From an uncultured archaeon (GTDB taxonomy: Archaea > Aenigmatarchaeota > Aenigmatarchaeia > QMZP01 > JACQNV01): a stretch of 64,000 bases of DNA. The position numbers and the translations under genes are program-made. Under the pieces are notes generated by a model, which ran no database searches, was not told the origin of the DNA, and saw nothing but the letters and a program-made list of their open reading frames with translations. Positions 10,545 to 18,818 of the stretch are shown in pieces; the first letter of the stretch is position 1, and every line of letters starts with the position of its first letter. Where the stretch lies: positions 320,001-384,000 of the forward strand of contig CAYPFW010000001.1 in the NCBI GenBank assembly GCA_964410585.1. The letters run 5' to 3'.

Positions 10545-11063
10545 ATGACAGACGAAACTACTCAATCAAATGAGCAATTGGATTTGGAAGGTATGACAGT
10601 TGAAGAAAAAATAGAACCTTCTCAAGATACAGAACCATCAGGAGAAGCACCTGAACCAACTGAGCAGAGCTCTGAAGCTCCAGTAGCAGAAGAAGAGGAA
10701 GATGAAAATTTAGATGAAGTAGAAAAACTTCCATTCCCAACAGCAGCTGTTGTTAGATTGATGAAAGCCCACATGGACGGCGACAAAATGATCAAGAAGG
10801 ATGTCAAAGTTGCAATGAACAAATGGCTTGGCGCAATGTGTGCACGCGTTGCAAGGGAAATGAACAAATTCCCATATGTTATGATGCACAGGCATGAGTT
10901 CGAGCATGCTAAAAGGCAGTTTGAAGATTTGGAAAACTTCGAACACGAAAAGCAAAGGATTCTGGCTCATTTAGAAGCAATCAAACAAGATATCAAAAGG
11001 CTTGAAAGAGACTTAGGCAAAAAAGAAGAAGAACATGAAATAAGGTTGGACAAAAACGATTAG
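10545..11063 (+). CDS. Histone-fold protein with acidic N-tail and C-terminal coiled coil
   Basis: LPFPTAAVVRLMK..MIKKDVK histone-fold core, about 60 aa Glu/Pro/Ser-rich N-terminus, and a heptad C-terminal helix. Confidence 0.75.
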   Translation: MTDETTQSNEQLDLEGMTVEEKIEPSQDTEPSGEAPEPTEQSSEAPVAEEEEDENLDEVEKLPFPTAAVVRLMKAHMDGDKMIKKDVKVAMNKWLGAMCARVAREMNKFPYVMMHRHEFEHAKRQFEDLENFEHEKQRILAHLEAIKQDIKRLERDLGKKEEEHEIRLDKND

Positions 11064-11445
11064 GATTTTAGCAGCTACCAATCTTCTTTTGGATTTCCTA
11101 TCACAGTATATTGGTTTTCTAGGTAAACCCTTTCAATAATGTCAAGAGTAAATATTTTAGTTTTACCACCAAATTATTTTTACAACATTCTAAATCAGTT
11201 CCAAGCACATTCATAAATATATATTACTATACATCTTAATTTACCATACGCCGACATCCGCACCGAGCCGTGTGCCGTAACATATACGTGCTGATTCGTC
11301 GTATAATTTGCCTCCGTGGCTCAACGGCAGAGCGTCTGACTTGTATCTGATATTCTGAGGGAAAGTCAATAGAAGCAGGTACTATCTGCTTCCAGCTGCT
11401 ATCTCGATGATCAGAAAGATATCAGAAGGTTGTGGGTTCAATACT

Positions 11446-11498
11446 ACCCCTTTTCTTAGAAAGAAAAGGTGTAAGGTATCCCAAAAGAACTATCATAC
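11446..11498 (+). repeat. Dispersed repeat family A, inside the tRNA-Thr T-loop intron
   Basis: CCTTTTCTTAGAAAGAAAAGG hairpin plus GTAAGGTATCCCAAAAGAACTA; near-identical to the reverse complement of 14863-14913. Confidence 0.85.
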
Positions 11499-11500
11499 AA

Positions 11501-11580
11501 TGGAAGCCGTAAAATTTTCGAGCTAGCAAGCGAAGAAAATTTAGGCTCCGTTTTTGATCAACCTTTTGGGTAAAAGGTTG
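11501..11580 (+). repeat. Dispersed repeat family B, inside the tRNA-Thr T-loop intron
   Basis: TGGAAGCCGTAAAATTTTC..GAAAATTTAGGCTCC..AACCTTTT..AAAAGGTT; closely matches 51026-51110. Confidence 0.9.
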
Positions 11581-11613
11581 GGAAAATCCCATCGGGGGCT
11601 TATTTTATTTTTT

Positions 11614-12264
11614 ATGAAATTTGCAGTTATTTTTGACATGGATGGTGTTCTTGTTGATTCTAATAAATTAGTACTCGATTCTTTCAACAAGCTGCTCGAA
11701 CCGCACGGTATTTCAATAGATGAAAACAAGTTCAAAGAATATTTGGGAATAACTGCAAAGGGTCTTGTCGAAAAATGGAAAAGAGAACACAATGTTGTTT
11801 TTGATGAGAATTTCATCAAGGACCAAACAACAAACCTCCATGTTGCTTCTCTCAAAGATAACAGGATCGATGTACACTTGTTTCGGTTTTTAACAGAGCT
11901 CAAAGAAAACAAAATTCCAGTTGGCCTTGGCACATCTTCGCCTAGAAAAAGGGCTGAACAAATCCTGGATATTTTAGGAGTAAGAAAATTTTTTTCATCT
12001 ATTGTGACAGGGGATGAAGTTCAAGAACACAAACCAAATCCAGAGATTTTCCTTAAAGTTGCAAAGGAATTAAAAACTCCTCCAGAAAGCTGCGTTGTAA
12101 TTGAAGATGCTGCTAATGGTATAGAAGCGGCAAAAAGAGGTGGAATGAAAGCCATTGGATATTTAACAAATTATCACACAAAAGAAGAATTAAAAAAAGC
12201 AGATTTTATTTTGGACAATTTTTCTGAATTGAATTTGGAAAAAGTTAAAAAATTATTCAATTGA
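11614..12264 (+). CDS. HAD family phosphatase (beta-PGM/CbbY-like)
   Basis: IFDMDGVL, KPNPEIF and VIEDAANG motifs. The N-terminal extension in the ORF track overlaps the tRNA 3' exon. Confidence 0.9.
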   Translation: MKFAVIFDMDGVLVDSNKLVLDSFNKLLEPHGISIDENKFKEYLGITAKGLVEKWKREHNVVFDENFIKDQTTNLHVASLKDNRIDVHLFRFLTELKENKIPVGLGTSSPRKRAEQILDILGVRKFFSSIVTGDEVQEHKPNPEIFLKVAKELKTPPESCVVIEDAANGIEAAKRGGMKAIGYLTNYHTKEELKKADFILDNFSELNLEKVKKLFN

Positions 12265-12296
12265 ATGTTTTTATACAGCCTCATCCAAAAATAAGT

Positions 12297-12743
12297 ATGG
12301 CTATAGAACTTGTTTTGAATGACATTATTTTGAGGCTTGCAATTGCAGCAATTTTTGGCGCACTTGTTGGTTTAGAAAGAGAACTAAGAGGCATTTCAGC
12401 TGGTCTAAAGACGCATGCTCTTGTTTGTTTTGGTGCTTGTTTATTTACAATAGTGTCCCTACAGTTTAGCGTTTTGGATGAAAGGGTTGACATCGCTAGA
12501 ATAGCAGCAGGTGTTGTTACAGGTATTGGTTTCTTGGGTGCGGGTGCAATATTTTTTGATAGGAGAGGTATACATGGATTGACTACAGCTGCCAATATTT
12601 GGGCAGTTGCCGCACTTGGTTTAATTGTTGGTTTAGGACAGTATGAAATAGCACTAAGCGCAGCTATAATTATTTACATTATCCTTGTATTTGGCGCTTT
12701 GGTTGAGAGGAAACTTATCAAGAAGTCTGGAAGAAAGAGATAG
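12297..12743 (+). CDS. MgtC/SapB family membrane protein
   Basis: GLERE..AGLKTH, RIAAGVVTGIGFLGAG and GLTTAA motifs. Confidence 0.93.
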   Translation: MAIELVLNDIILRLAIAAIFGALVGLERELRGISAGLKTHALVCFGACLFTIVSLQFSVLDERVDIARIAAGVVTGIGFLGAGAIFFDRRGIHGLTTAANIWAVAALGLIVGLGQYEIALSAAIIIYIILVFGALVERKLIKKSGRKR

Positions 12744-12802
12744 TTTCAACTATTTAAATTAGCTTATTAAAACTCATTCTATTCACTATAACGGAGCTCT
12801 AT

Positions 12803-13852
12803 ATGTCAGAATTAGATATAAAAATTATTGGTGCTGGACCGGCGGGCTTGGTTGCTGGTTTGAAATTTTTAGAAGCTGGTTTTTATCCTACAATAATCGA
12901 GAAACAACAAGTAATAGTTTCCACGCTTTGCGGCGAAGGCCTATCACACGACACAATTTCTAGAGTCCCTTTCAAAGATTGGTCAGAATATGCGCCCTCT
13001 ACATTTGATTATGCAACTTTTATTTTTCCAAACGGGACAAAATCATATGTGAAAAAGAAATGTCACACAATGGATAGAACTTCTTGGTTTCGAGCAATGG
13101 CAAAAGAATTTGAAAAAAGAGGAGGCCATTTACAACTGGGAACAAAAGTAAATGATGTGAAGGATTTGAAATATGATTTATTGATTGGAGCGGATGGTCC
13201 ACTGTCTACTGTTTCAAAATATGTCGGCAACAAATCTGCTAATATGACTGGAGTGCAGACTAGGTTGAAGCTTGACTACAAACACGACGGGATGGAGTTT
13301 TTCATTGACAAAAGATTTTCTCAGGAATATTCTTGGGTTTTTGCAAAAGGTGGAATTTTTAATGTTGGTGTTTTGGGTGATATGAAACAGCTTGATGCTT
13401 TTGTAAAACATATGGGATTTGAAAAGGCTGAAGTTGTTGACAGGCTTGGATACAACATTCCATTTTTTGGGACAAAAGTGCAGAGGGATAATGTGATTTT
13501 GACAGGCGATGCAGCTGGGATAACAAACCCTTTGACAAAAGGCGGCATGGCTGCTGCTATTTTCGCAGCTGAGATAATTGTTGACTGTGTGAAAGAGGGG
13601 AAAATAAATGAATATGAAAGTAGGATAATGAACCATCCTATCATGTCGCCTGTTTACAAAGATGCTTTACAATACTACAGGGAATTGACAAACGAAGAAT
13701 TGAACAAAGTTGGGAATTTGGTAAACGGCATGGACTTAACCAACTTGAGCAAACTATTCAAAGCAAAGCTTCTGTTAGCTGGTTTGCTAAAACCAAAGAA
13801 ATTGAAAACAATAATGAAGGCATCGAGTTTGGCCAATAAATATAGTTGGTGA
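12803..13852 (+). CDS. Geranylgeranyl reductase-family FAD oxidoreductase
   Basis: GAGPAG, CGEG, GADG, YSWVF and GDAAG..NPLTKGG motifs. Confidence 0.8.
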   Translation: MSELDIKIIGAGPAGLVAGLKFLEAGFYPTIIEKQQVIVSTLCGEGLSHDTISRVPFKDWSEYAPSTFDYATFIFPNGTKSYVKKKCHTMDRTSWFRAMAKEFEKRGGHLQLGTKVNDVKDLKYDLLIGADGPLSTVSKYVGNKSANMTGVQTRLKLDYKHDGMEFFIDKRFSQEYSWVFAKGGIFNVGVLGDMKQLDAFVKHMGFEKAEVVDRLGYNIPFFGTKVQRDNVILTGDAAGITNPLTKGGMAAAIFAAEIIVDCVKEGKINEYESRIMNHPIMSPVYKDALQYYRELTNEELNKVGNLVNGMDLTNLSKLFKAKLLLAGLLKPKKLKTIMKASSLANKYSW

Positions 13853-13855
13853 AGC

Positions 13856-14086
13856 ATGAAATTAATTTATTCTAAACATTGGACACTAAAAAGAAAATAT
13901 AGAAGCGATATAACTGACGAGTTAATAATTTACGCAATCGAAAATTCAGTAGAACTCAGAGATGAAAATTGGTCAGATGCTTTTAATGCTATAACTAAAG
14001 TTCCTCCAAGCGGGAGAATAGTCAAGGTTGTATATAAAAAGCTCGAAAACAAAATTAAAATAATAACTGCATTTTGGCTCGATTAG
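13856..14086 (+). CDS. DUF4258/RelE-BrnT-like putative toxin
   Basis: YSKH at the N-terminus and KVVY..KIITA at the C-terminus; paired with a DUF2283-like gene. Confidence 0.65.
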   Translation: MKLIYSKHWTLKRKYRSDITDELIIYAIENSVELRDENWSDAFNAITKVPPSGRIVKVVYKKLENKIKIITAFWLD

Positions 14087-14094
14087 GTGATTTT

Positions 14095-14310
14095 ATGGAA
14101 ACTTGGTACGATAAAGAAGATGACATTTTGAACATACAAATGAAAGACAAAGAGTATTGGAAAAGTGTGGAATTGCCAAATGGTGTGGTAATAGATGTAG
14201 CTAAAGATGGTTCTATAATTGGGGTAGAAATATTGAGAGCAAGTAAGGTTTTTTCTGGAGATGTTAAAACAGTTATTGAGCACGCAAAATTAGCTTCTTT
14301 GAAAAATTGA
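14095..14310 (+). CDS. DUF2283 family putative antitoxin
   Basis: YDKEDDILNI..IDVAKDGSIIGVEIL.AS signature; AGGTGA SD. Confidence 0.8.
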   Translation: METWYDKEDDILNIQMKDKEYWKSVELPNGVVIDVAKDGSIIGVEILRASKVFSGDVKTVIEHAKLASLKN

Positions 14311-14333
14311 GAATAAGTTTTAAAAGACCTTTC

Positions 14334-14693
14334 TCAGAAGTCTTCTTTTTTTAACTTTCTACTATCTTCGTATGCTTTGAACATATCTTCTAAGTCTTCT
14401 TTTGCCTCCTCCTCAGATGGGAGGTTTGACCTATAGACTTTACATGAAGCAAAGTGAAAACTTTCTGCTCCTCGCAAACGTGCTACAGCTGACTCATCTA
14501 CAGCAAGCAGTGTATCATCTGGTAAACCTCTAGAATCCCTTCTTGCATAAAGAACACCTATCTGTTTTTCTCCCTCAAAAACTCTGTAAGTTTCAACGCC
14601 GTTTGACGATTTTGTGATATTCAATCCACTCTCGGCTAGCCTATGCAAAACCAAATCCTTCATATCACCAAACCCAAAAGCCCAGTATGCCAT
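14334..14693 (-). CDS. Hypothetical protein
   Basis: 119-aa ORF preceded by GAGG; no recognised motif. Confidence 0.55.
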   Translation of the reverse strand: MAYWAFGFGDMKDLVLHRLAESGLNITKSSNGVETYRVFEGEKQIGVLYARRDSRGLPDDTLLAVDESAVARLRGAESFHFASCKVYRSNLPSEEEAKEDLEDMFKAYEDSRKLKKEDF

Positions 14694-14694
14694 A

Positions 14695-14853
14695 TTAATC
14701 CTCTAATCTCTTCCTATTTTTTAGAGCTGACAAAAGCTCAGTTTCGTCGTTTTTGAAGCCGAAATCTTCCTCTGACTCTTGGAGGTCTTCAGAATAGTCT
14801 TCTTCTATCCTATCTACTATTCTCTCACTCAATTTCTTTTTTTCTTTTTTCAT
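14695..14853 (-). CDS. Small charged hypothetical protein (52 aa, not in ORF track)
   Basis: Manual translation gives MKKEKKKLSERIVDRIEEDYSEDLQESEEDFGFKNDETELLSALKNRKRLED*; its stop is 1 nt from the next ATG. Confidence 0.5.
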   Translation of the reverse strand: MKKEKKKLSERIVDRIEEDYSEDLQESEEDFGFKNDETELLSALKNRKRLED

Positions 14854-14862
14854 ATTTCAACA

Positions 14863-14913
14863 CTAGTTCTTTTTGGATACGGTAGACTTTTTCTTTCTAA
14901 GAAAAAGGCTAGC
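14863..14913 (-). repeat. Dispersed repeat family A
   Basis: CTAGTTCTTTTTGGATACGGTAGACTTTTTCTTTCTAAGAAAAAGGCTAG. Confidence 0.8.
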
Positions 14914-15127
14914 TTTTCTTTCATAATTATCATATTTTTAACTATTTACAAGTTATAAATGATGCAAAGCTTTATAAATACATACCCTATATAACTAAAT
15001 AACTACTTTAGTGTAGTTATTTGCAATGGATGAATGAACTGCGTCTTACATTTTAAACACCGCAGGGATGCCTAACAAATTACAACGGGCATTGATTCCA
15101 TTGCAATCATATTTAGAGGTGATCTAT

Positions 15128-15349
15128 ATGGCAGATTATAGAGGAACAATAAGAGATCTTGGAAAACAATTAGCAGGACTTGCTAATGGAGATAAGGAAG
15201 TTGTAGGCTTGAGTTTGGGTAGAGGTGTAACTTCTGAAATAAGGAGAGACGGTTCTGAAATTCTATATGTAAATGGAAGACCAGTAGTTTATACTCCAGC
15301 TCCTAAATCAAGATGGGTAATCCCAGACAAACCAGAAAGGCAAGTCTAA
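15128..15349 (+). CDS. Hypothetical protein
   Basis: Strong GAGGTGA SD upstream of ATG 15128 (MADYRG...). Confidence 0.55.
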   Translation: MADYRGTIRDLGKQLAGLANGDKEVVGLSLGRGVTSEIRRDGSEILYVNGRPVVYTPAPKSRWVIPDKPERQV

Positions 15350-15351
15350 AA

Positions 15352-15560
15352 CCTCCGCGATATCGGAAATCGAAACAGATCCTAGACAATTGTTTACGAT
15401 CTGTTTCCAGCTGCTCTCGCGGCTTCACTCAATCATAGTGCTTGTTCGGGTAAAACCGAACGCACGATTTCTAGCCCGTTAAGGGCAAAGAGATCACCCC
15501 CTATAAAGGAGAGGTAGTAGCGGGCCGATTGCCTCCGCCTGCTATGAACCCTCCTTTCTT
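15352..15560. ncRNA. Candidate structured non-coding RNA (multi-hairpin, GC-rich)
   Basis: CCGCGA/TCGCGG encloses GAAACAGATC/GATCTGTTTC. Further stems are GTGC-GTTCGG/CCGAAC-GCAC, GCCC/GGGC and AAAGGAG/CTCCTTT. No ORF. Confidence 0.4.
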
Positions 15561-15563
15561 AAT

Positions 15564-15663
15564 TCCTTTCTTTCAAAAAGAAAGGTCTTAAGGAACTCCA
15601 AAGAAACGGCATTGAAATTCCGTTGATTAAAGAAAAGGAGTAAGGTATCCCAAAGAAACTACA
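15564..15663 (+). repeat. Two tandem copies of repeat family A
   Basis: CCTTTCTTTCAAAAAGAAAGG..AAGGAACTCCAAAGAAAC and AAGAAAAGGAGTAAGGTATCCCAAAGAAACTAC. Confidence 0.7.
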
Positions 15664-15692
15664 ATTCAAATTCAGTTGATGAGGAGGAAATT

Positions 15693-15827
15693 ATGACAAT
15701 AACATTTGAAGATTGGAGAAAAAAGGTTTTGGTTGATGTTGAAAAAGGTGCACAAGATTTGCAAACTTATTTAGAAGGTGTAAAAGCAGACAAATCAAAA
15801 GACTATTTGAAAAGATACAAGAGGTAG
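15693..15827 (+). CDS. Small hypothetical protein (44 aa, not in ORF track)
   Basis: GAGGAGG SD; MTITFEDWRKKVLVDVEKGAQDLQTYLEGVKADKSKDYLKRYKR*. Confidence 0.55.
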   Translation: MTITFEDWRKKVLVDVEKGAQDLQTYLEGVKADKSKDYLKRYKR

Positions 15828-15830
15828 TCT

Positions 15831-16067
15831 ATGGAATTCTATATTCTTATCCCGTTTTTTCAACCCACTGTAAATCCTAATTCCATTCATCCAAATCCCG
15901 AACTAACAAATCCGGCATACATAGGTGATGAGCCTGATAAAATATTATCAAATATCAGGCAAAGACGTTTTGAATCCCGGGATTCTAAGAGGCTTAGAAG
16001 AACACAATACCGTTCACTTTTAGCTGAATTCAACCCAGAAGTCTATGAATTCAACAAAAGGAATTAA
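15831..16067 (+). CDS. Hypothetical protein
   Basis: GAGGT SD; 3 nt after the previous stop. Confidence 0.5.
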   Translation: MEFYILIPFFQPTVNPNSIHPNPELTNPAYIGDEPDKILSNIRQRRFESRDSKRLRRTQYRSLLAEFNPEVYEFNKRN

Positions 16068-16084
16068 AAGCTTGAAATTAAATT

Positions 16085-16360
16085 TTGCATCTTATGTTAT
16101 ACGCACATCCAGATTCAGCGGGGAAGACAATAAGAGGACTAGATTTTCTTAATCGAATGCAGACGAGAGCTGTTTCTTTTGATTACATGAGCCGGCAGGA
16201 AAGGACCGCAATTAGGAAAGCACAAACGTTTTTGGGAGATATGGATTTTGATGAATACAGGCAACTTGAACTTGAGTTTGCAAATCCAAACCTAGAGGGT
16301 AAAAGTGTGGATTATTTAATAATGATTCCTGTTATTAGGGATTTTGTGAGGAGAAATTGA
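16085..16360 (+). CDS. Hypothetical protein
   Basis: ORF lies within a co-oriented cluster; start uncertain. Confidence 0.5.
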   Translation: MHLMLYAHPDSAGKTIRGLDFLNRMQTRAVSFDYMSRQERTAIRKAQTFLGDMDFDEYRQLELEFANPNLEGKSVDYLIMIPVIRDFVRRN

Positions 16361-16363
16361 GAT

Positions 16364-16782
16364 ATGGTAAATGTTTTGATTGTCGATGATAATACACTTG
16401 CTTTGAAACCAATACAGCTTTTGTTACCAAGATATCTTGAAGAAGAAGGAATTCCTGTTGATGCCCGATTATATGGTTCTGCTAGAGAGGCTGAAAATCA
16501 CATTGGTTGGACAGATGTTGCTGTCATCGATGGTGAATTATTTGATGCAAACGGGGGGGGCATGTAGATGGTTATGCTTTTGCTGAAAGAATTAAGAGGG
16601 AAAATCCAGCTGCTTACACTGTTATTTTCTCAGGTGGAGAGGTTATTGGGGGAAGAAAAGAAGGAAGGTTCGATGAGTTTTTATCGAAATTTGAGTTGGT
16701 AGGCGTTGACATGGCACAATCACGATTGGCAGATATTATACGTTCGTATCACAGACGTCAGAAACCAACTGAAGGAGAATAA
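16364..16782 (+). pseudogene. Single-domain receiver (CheY-like) gene frameshifted at a G8 tract
   Basis: The 5' part has VLIVDD..VAVID. After the G8 tract (16553-16560) another frame continues DGYAFAERIKRENP..VIFSG..SK to TAA at 16780-16782. Confidence 0.8.
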
Positions 16783-16785
16783 ATT

Positions 16786-17142
16786 ATGGAAGTCACGAAA
16801 ACATATCCTGTGAATAGGATAATGCACACAAGACCAACAACTGAAGTTGCAATGCTTGCAACAAGATTGTCCAACAAACATAGAGGTTTATACTTAGACT
16901 GCAAAAATCCTAAACCACCAGAAGAAGGAGCGTGGGTTTATGTACGATGTTCAGATGTTGAGGCTATGTTGGAGAACCAAATAGGATCACACGGATCTGT
17001 TGAAATTAGAGCAACCGGAGATTTCCCAAAAGATTTACTAGAAAGGTGCGCAGACCAAATTGGGGAAGTCTATGGAAAGATAACAAAGGAAACAGAATTG
17101 CCTTATGTGGAACATTTTGGGGACGGAGACAGCTTCCCATAA
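16786..17142 (+). CDS. HPr-like phosphocarrier domain protein
   Basis: MHTRP aligns with the HPr LHARP motif (His14). VEIRATG resembles the HPr VTISAEG strand. Confidence 0.55.
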   Translation: MEVTKTYPVNRIMHTRPTTEVAMLATRLSNKHRGLYLDCKNPKPPEEGAWVYVRCSDVEAMLENQIGSHGSVEIRATGDFPKDLLERCADQIGEVYGKITKETELPYVEHFGDGDSFP

Positions 17143-17526
17143 CACTGTTATACTTGTCAAAAAGATACTGACGCCGAGGCAAACATACAAACTGACAAAA
17201 AAGCTCAAAAAAACAAGCAAAAGTACCAAAAAGTTGCAACCAAAAGACAACCAATCATTTAAATATAGAAAGCTAACATATTAAGCATCTTCACGCAGAT
17301 TGCAAAAAATATGATTAACCGACTTAAAGGCTTGGAAAACTCATTGAATGCTTTAGATTCAGCGTGTATTCAACTTAATCTTACTTCTGATTCGCCCTAT
17401 TTCAAACAAATTAAGCAGTCGATTATTGGGCTAAATTATAATTCTGTGTTTAAGCCTTCTTTGGTTGATTTGTGATATAGGTTCTTGTTTTCGTGTGTGA
17501 TTTCTTTTCCTTGAAGATTTGATTTT

Positions 17527-17952
17527 TCAGTATTCTGACTCAAAAGCTTTCAAGTTGAAGAGTTTAGCAAATTCTTTAGGTGTCGTATATTCTGGAAAGT
17601 TTTCAAAATCCCTATCATAGCTTACTAAATGTTTGAGGCCGAATTTTTTCACAACAGCAAGTTGTTCTAAGTCCTTGTCTTTTATTTTTCCTACCCACTT
17701 CTCTTTTTCTTCTTTTACATCATCGTTCAGAACAAGCGTACAGGACTCAAGCAAAAACAGTTTGATTTTAGATGCAAGGTCTTTTGGATGGTATTTCTTG
17801 AAATAAGAAAATGTTTCGTTTAAAACCCTTTCTGAAATAACACATTCTATTGTGCTATTTGTAAGCAAATCTAAAATCAGCCTACTGTTTGAGTTTGGAA
17901 ACTCAAATGCATATATGAAAACATTTGTGTCGAGAAAAATTCTAGGTTTCAT
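17527..17952 (-). CDS. PIN-domain VapC-like toxin
   Basis: IFLDTNV, DKDL and LVSYDRDF motifs. Confidence 0.88.
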   Translation of the reverse strand: MKPRIFLDTNVFIYAFEFPNSNSRLILDLLTNSTIECVISERVLNETFSYFKKYHPKDLASKIKLFLLESCTLVLNDDVKEEKEKWVGKIKDKDLEQLAVVKKFGLKHLVSYDRDFENFPEYTTPKEFAKLFNLKAFESEY

Positions 17953-18181
17953 CTTCTAACCTTTCCAAATCTTTTTTCAATTGCTCTGGGCTCACATTTC
18001 TTTTTGGATAGGAAGTAATATCTTTCCAGATTTCCTTCCTGTTGAAATATCCAAGGTCCATTGCATATTTAACTATTGCTGCCCTTATTGCCTCGCTTTT
18101 TGTGGCAAAGAGGCCTTTCTCAACTAAATTGTCCAAAATCTCAGCTTCAACATCCTTAAATTTTAAAGTTAGGGTTGTCAT
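17942..18181 (-). CDS. RHH/CopG-family antitoxin
   Basis: LVEKGLFATKSEAIRAAI; overlaps the PIN gene. Confidence 0.85.
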   Translation of the reverse strand: MTTLTLKFKDVEAEILDNLVEKGLFATKSEAIRAAIVKYAMDLGYFNRKEIWKDITSYPKRNVSPEQLKKDLERLEDET

Positions 18182-18280
18182 ATAGTATATTTATAGTGTT
18201 TTACTATTTAAATTTGTTTTATTTTGTATAACAGTGTTATATTTGTCTAAATAAGCCCAAATCACACCACCTGGTCAAAT

Positions 18281-18715
18281 CTAAACCCAAGAAACAAAAA
18301 TAGCAGACATAACCAAAATAACAACCAAATAATGCAGCACATCAACTAAATAAAGTTTGACTGGTTTTCCTTCCCACAAAACTTTGTTCAAAGCAGTTGT
18401 TGCAATCAGTCCCAGCCACAAGAAAAATCCTACGATCAAACCCTCTGAAAGTCCTGTCGCTTGTGTCAGTTTGATAGAAAAAGCTAACACAAAACCCATT
18501 ATCAACGCAGCAATAATTGAACCAACAAGACCCTTTGCCATTCCTTTTTTGTGTTTTTCCTTAATCTCAATTTCATTAAATCCATGACCTTTAATCCAAA
18601 TTTTTCCAAAAAGATGGGGCGAATACCAAACCATTCCAATTACGAAAGAAACAACAGCAGCCACAACAACTGCAAGATAATTTACCGAGCCCAAAACAGC
18701 TAAATCTAGAACCAT
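18281..18715 (-). CDS. DUF1761 family membrane protein
   Basis: NYLAV..GMVWYSP.LFGK.W motif; 4 TM segments. Confidence 0.85.
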   Translation of the reverse strand: MVLDLAVLGSVNYLAVVVAAVVSFVIGMVWYSPHLFGKIWIKGHGFNEIEIKEKHKKGMAKGLVGSIIAALIMGFVLAFSIKLTQATGLSEGLIVGFFLWLGLIATTALNKVLWEGKPVKLYLVDVLHYLVVILVMSAIFVSWV

Positions 18716-18818
18716 ATTATAGCCCCTGACAGAACTTTTTAGAATTTGGCTATACTAATTGTATTCAAGAAAGTTCTATCAGCAATTATATTATTTGGCT
18801 TAACTACCTTATATAATA

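Larger units (their letters stand above)
11310..11600 (+). tRNA. tRNA-Thr(UGU) with two introns (37/38: 11346-11420; T-loop 59/60: ~11443-11586)
   Basis: Acceptor GCCTCCG/CGGGGGC plus U73; D arm GCTC/GAGC; anticodon stem TCTGA/TCAGA with TGT at 11342-11344; T stem GTGGG/CCCAT. Both junctions have relaxed BHB geometry. Confidence 0.88.

Noticed and set aside
11346-11420. C/D box guide RNA within the tRNA-Thr intron
   Set aside because: CTGA and GATGA are present, but there is no convincing C/D'/C'/D arrangement or K-turn stem.
11310-11445. Reading tRNA-Thr as a truncated pseudogene or split tRNA half
   Set aside because: The matching 3' exon is present in cis at 11587-11600.
15352-15560. SRP RNA, RNase P RNA, hammerhead ribozyme or hidden tRNA
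   Set aside because: I could not find the diagnostic cores (SRP helix 8, RNase P P4, CUGANGA/GAAA, T-arm plus acceptor) on either strand.
17311-17475. Short ORF of about 54 codons
   Set aside because: It has no SD or recognisable motif, so there is too little support.
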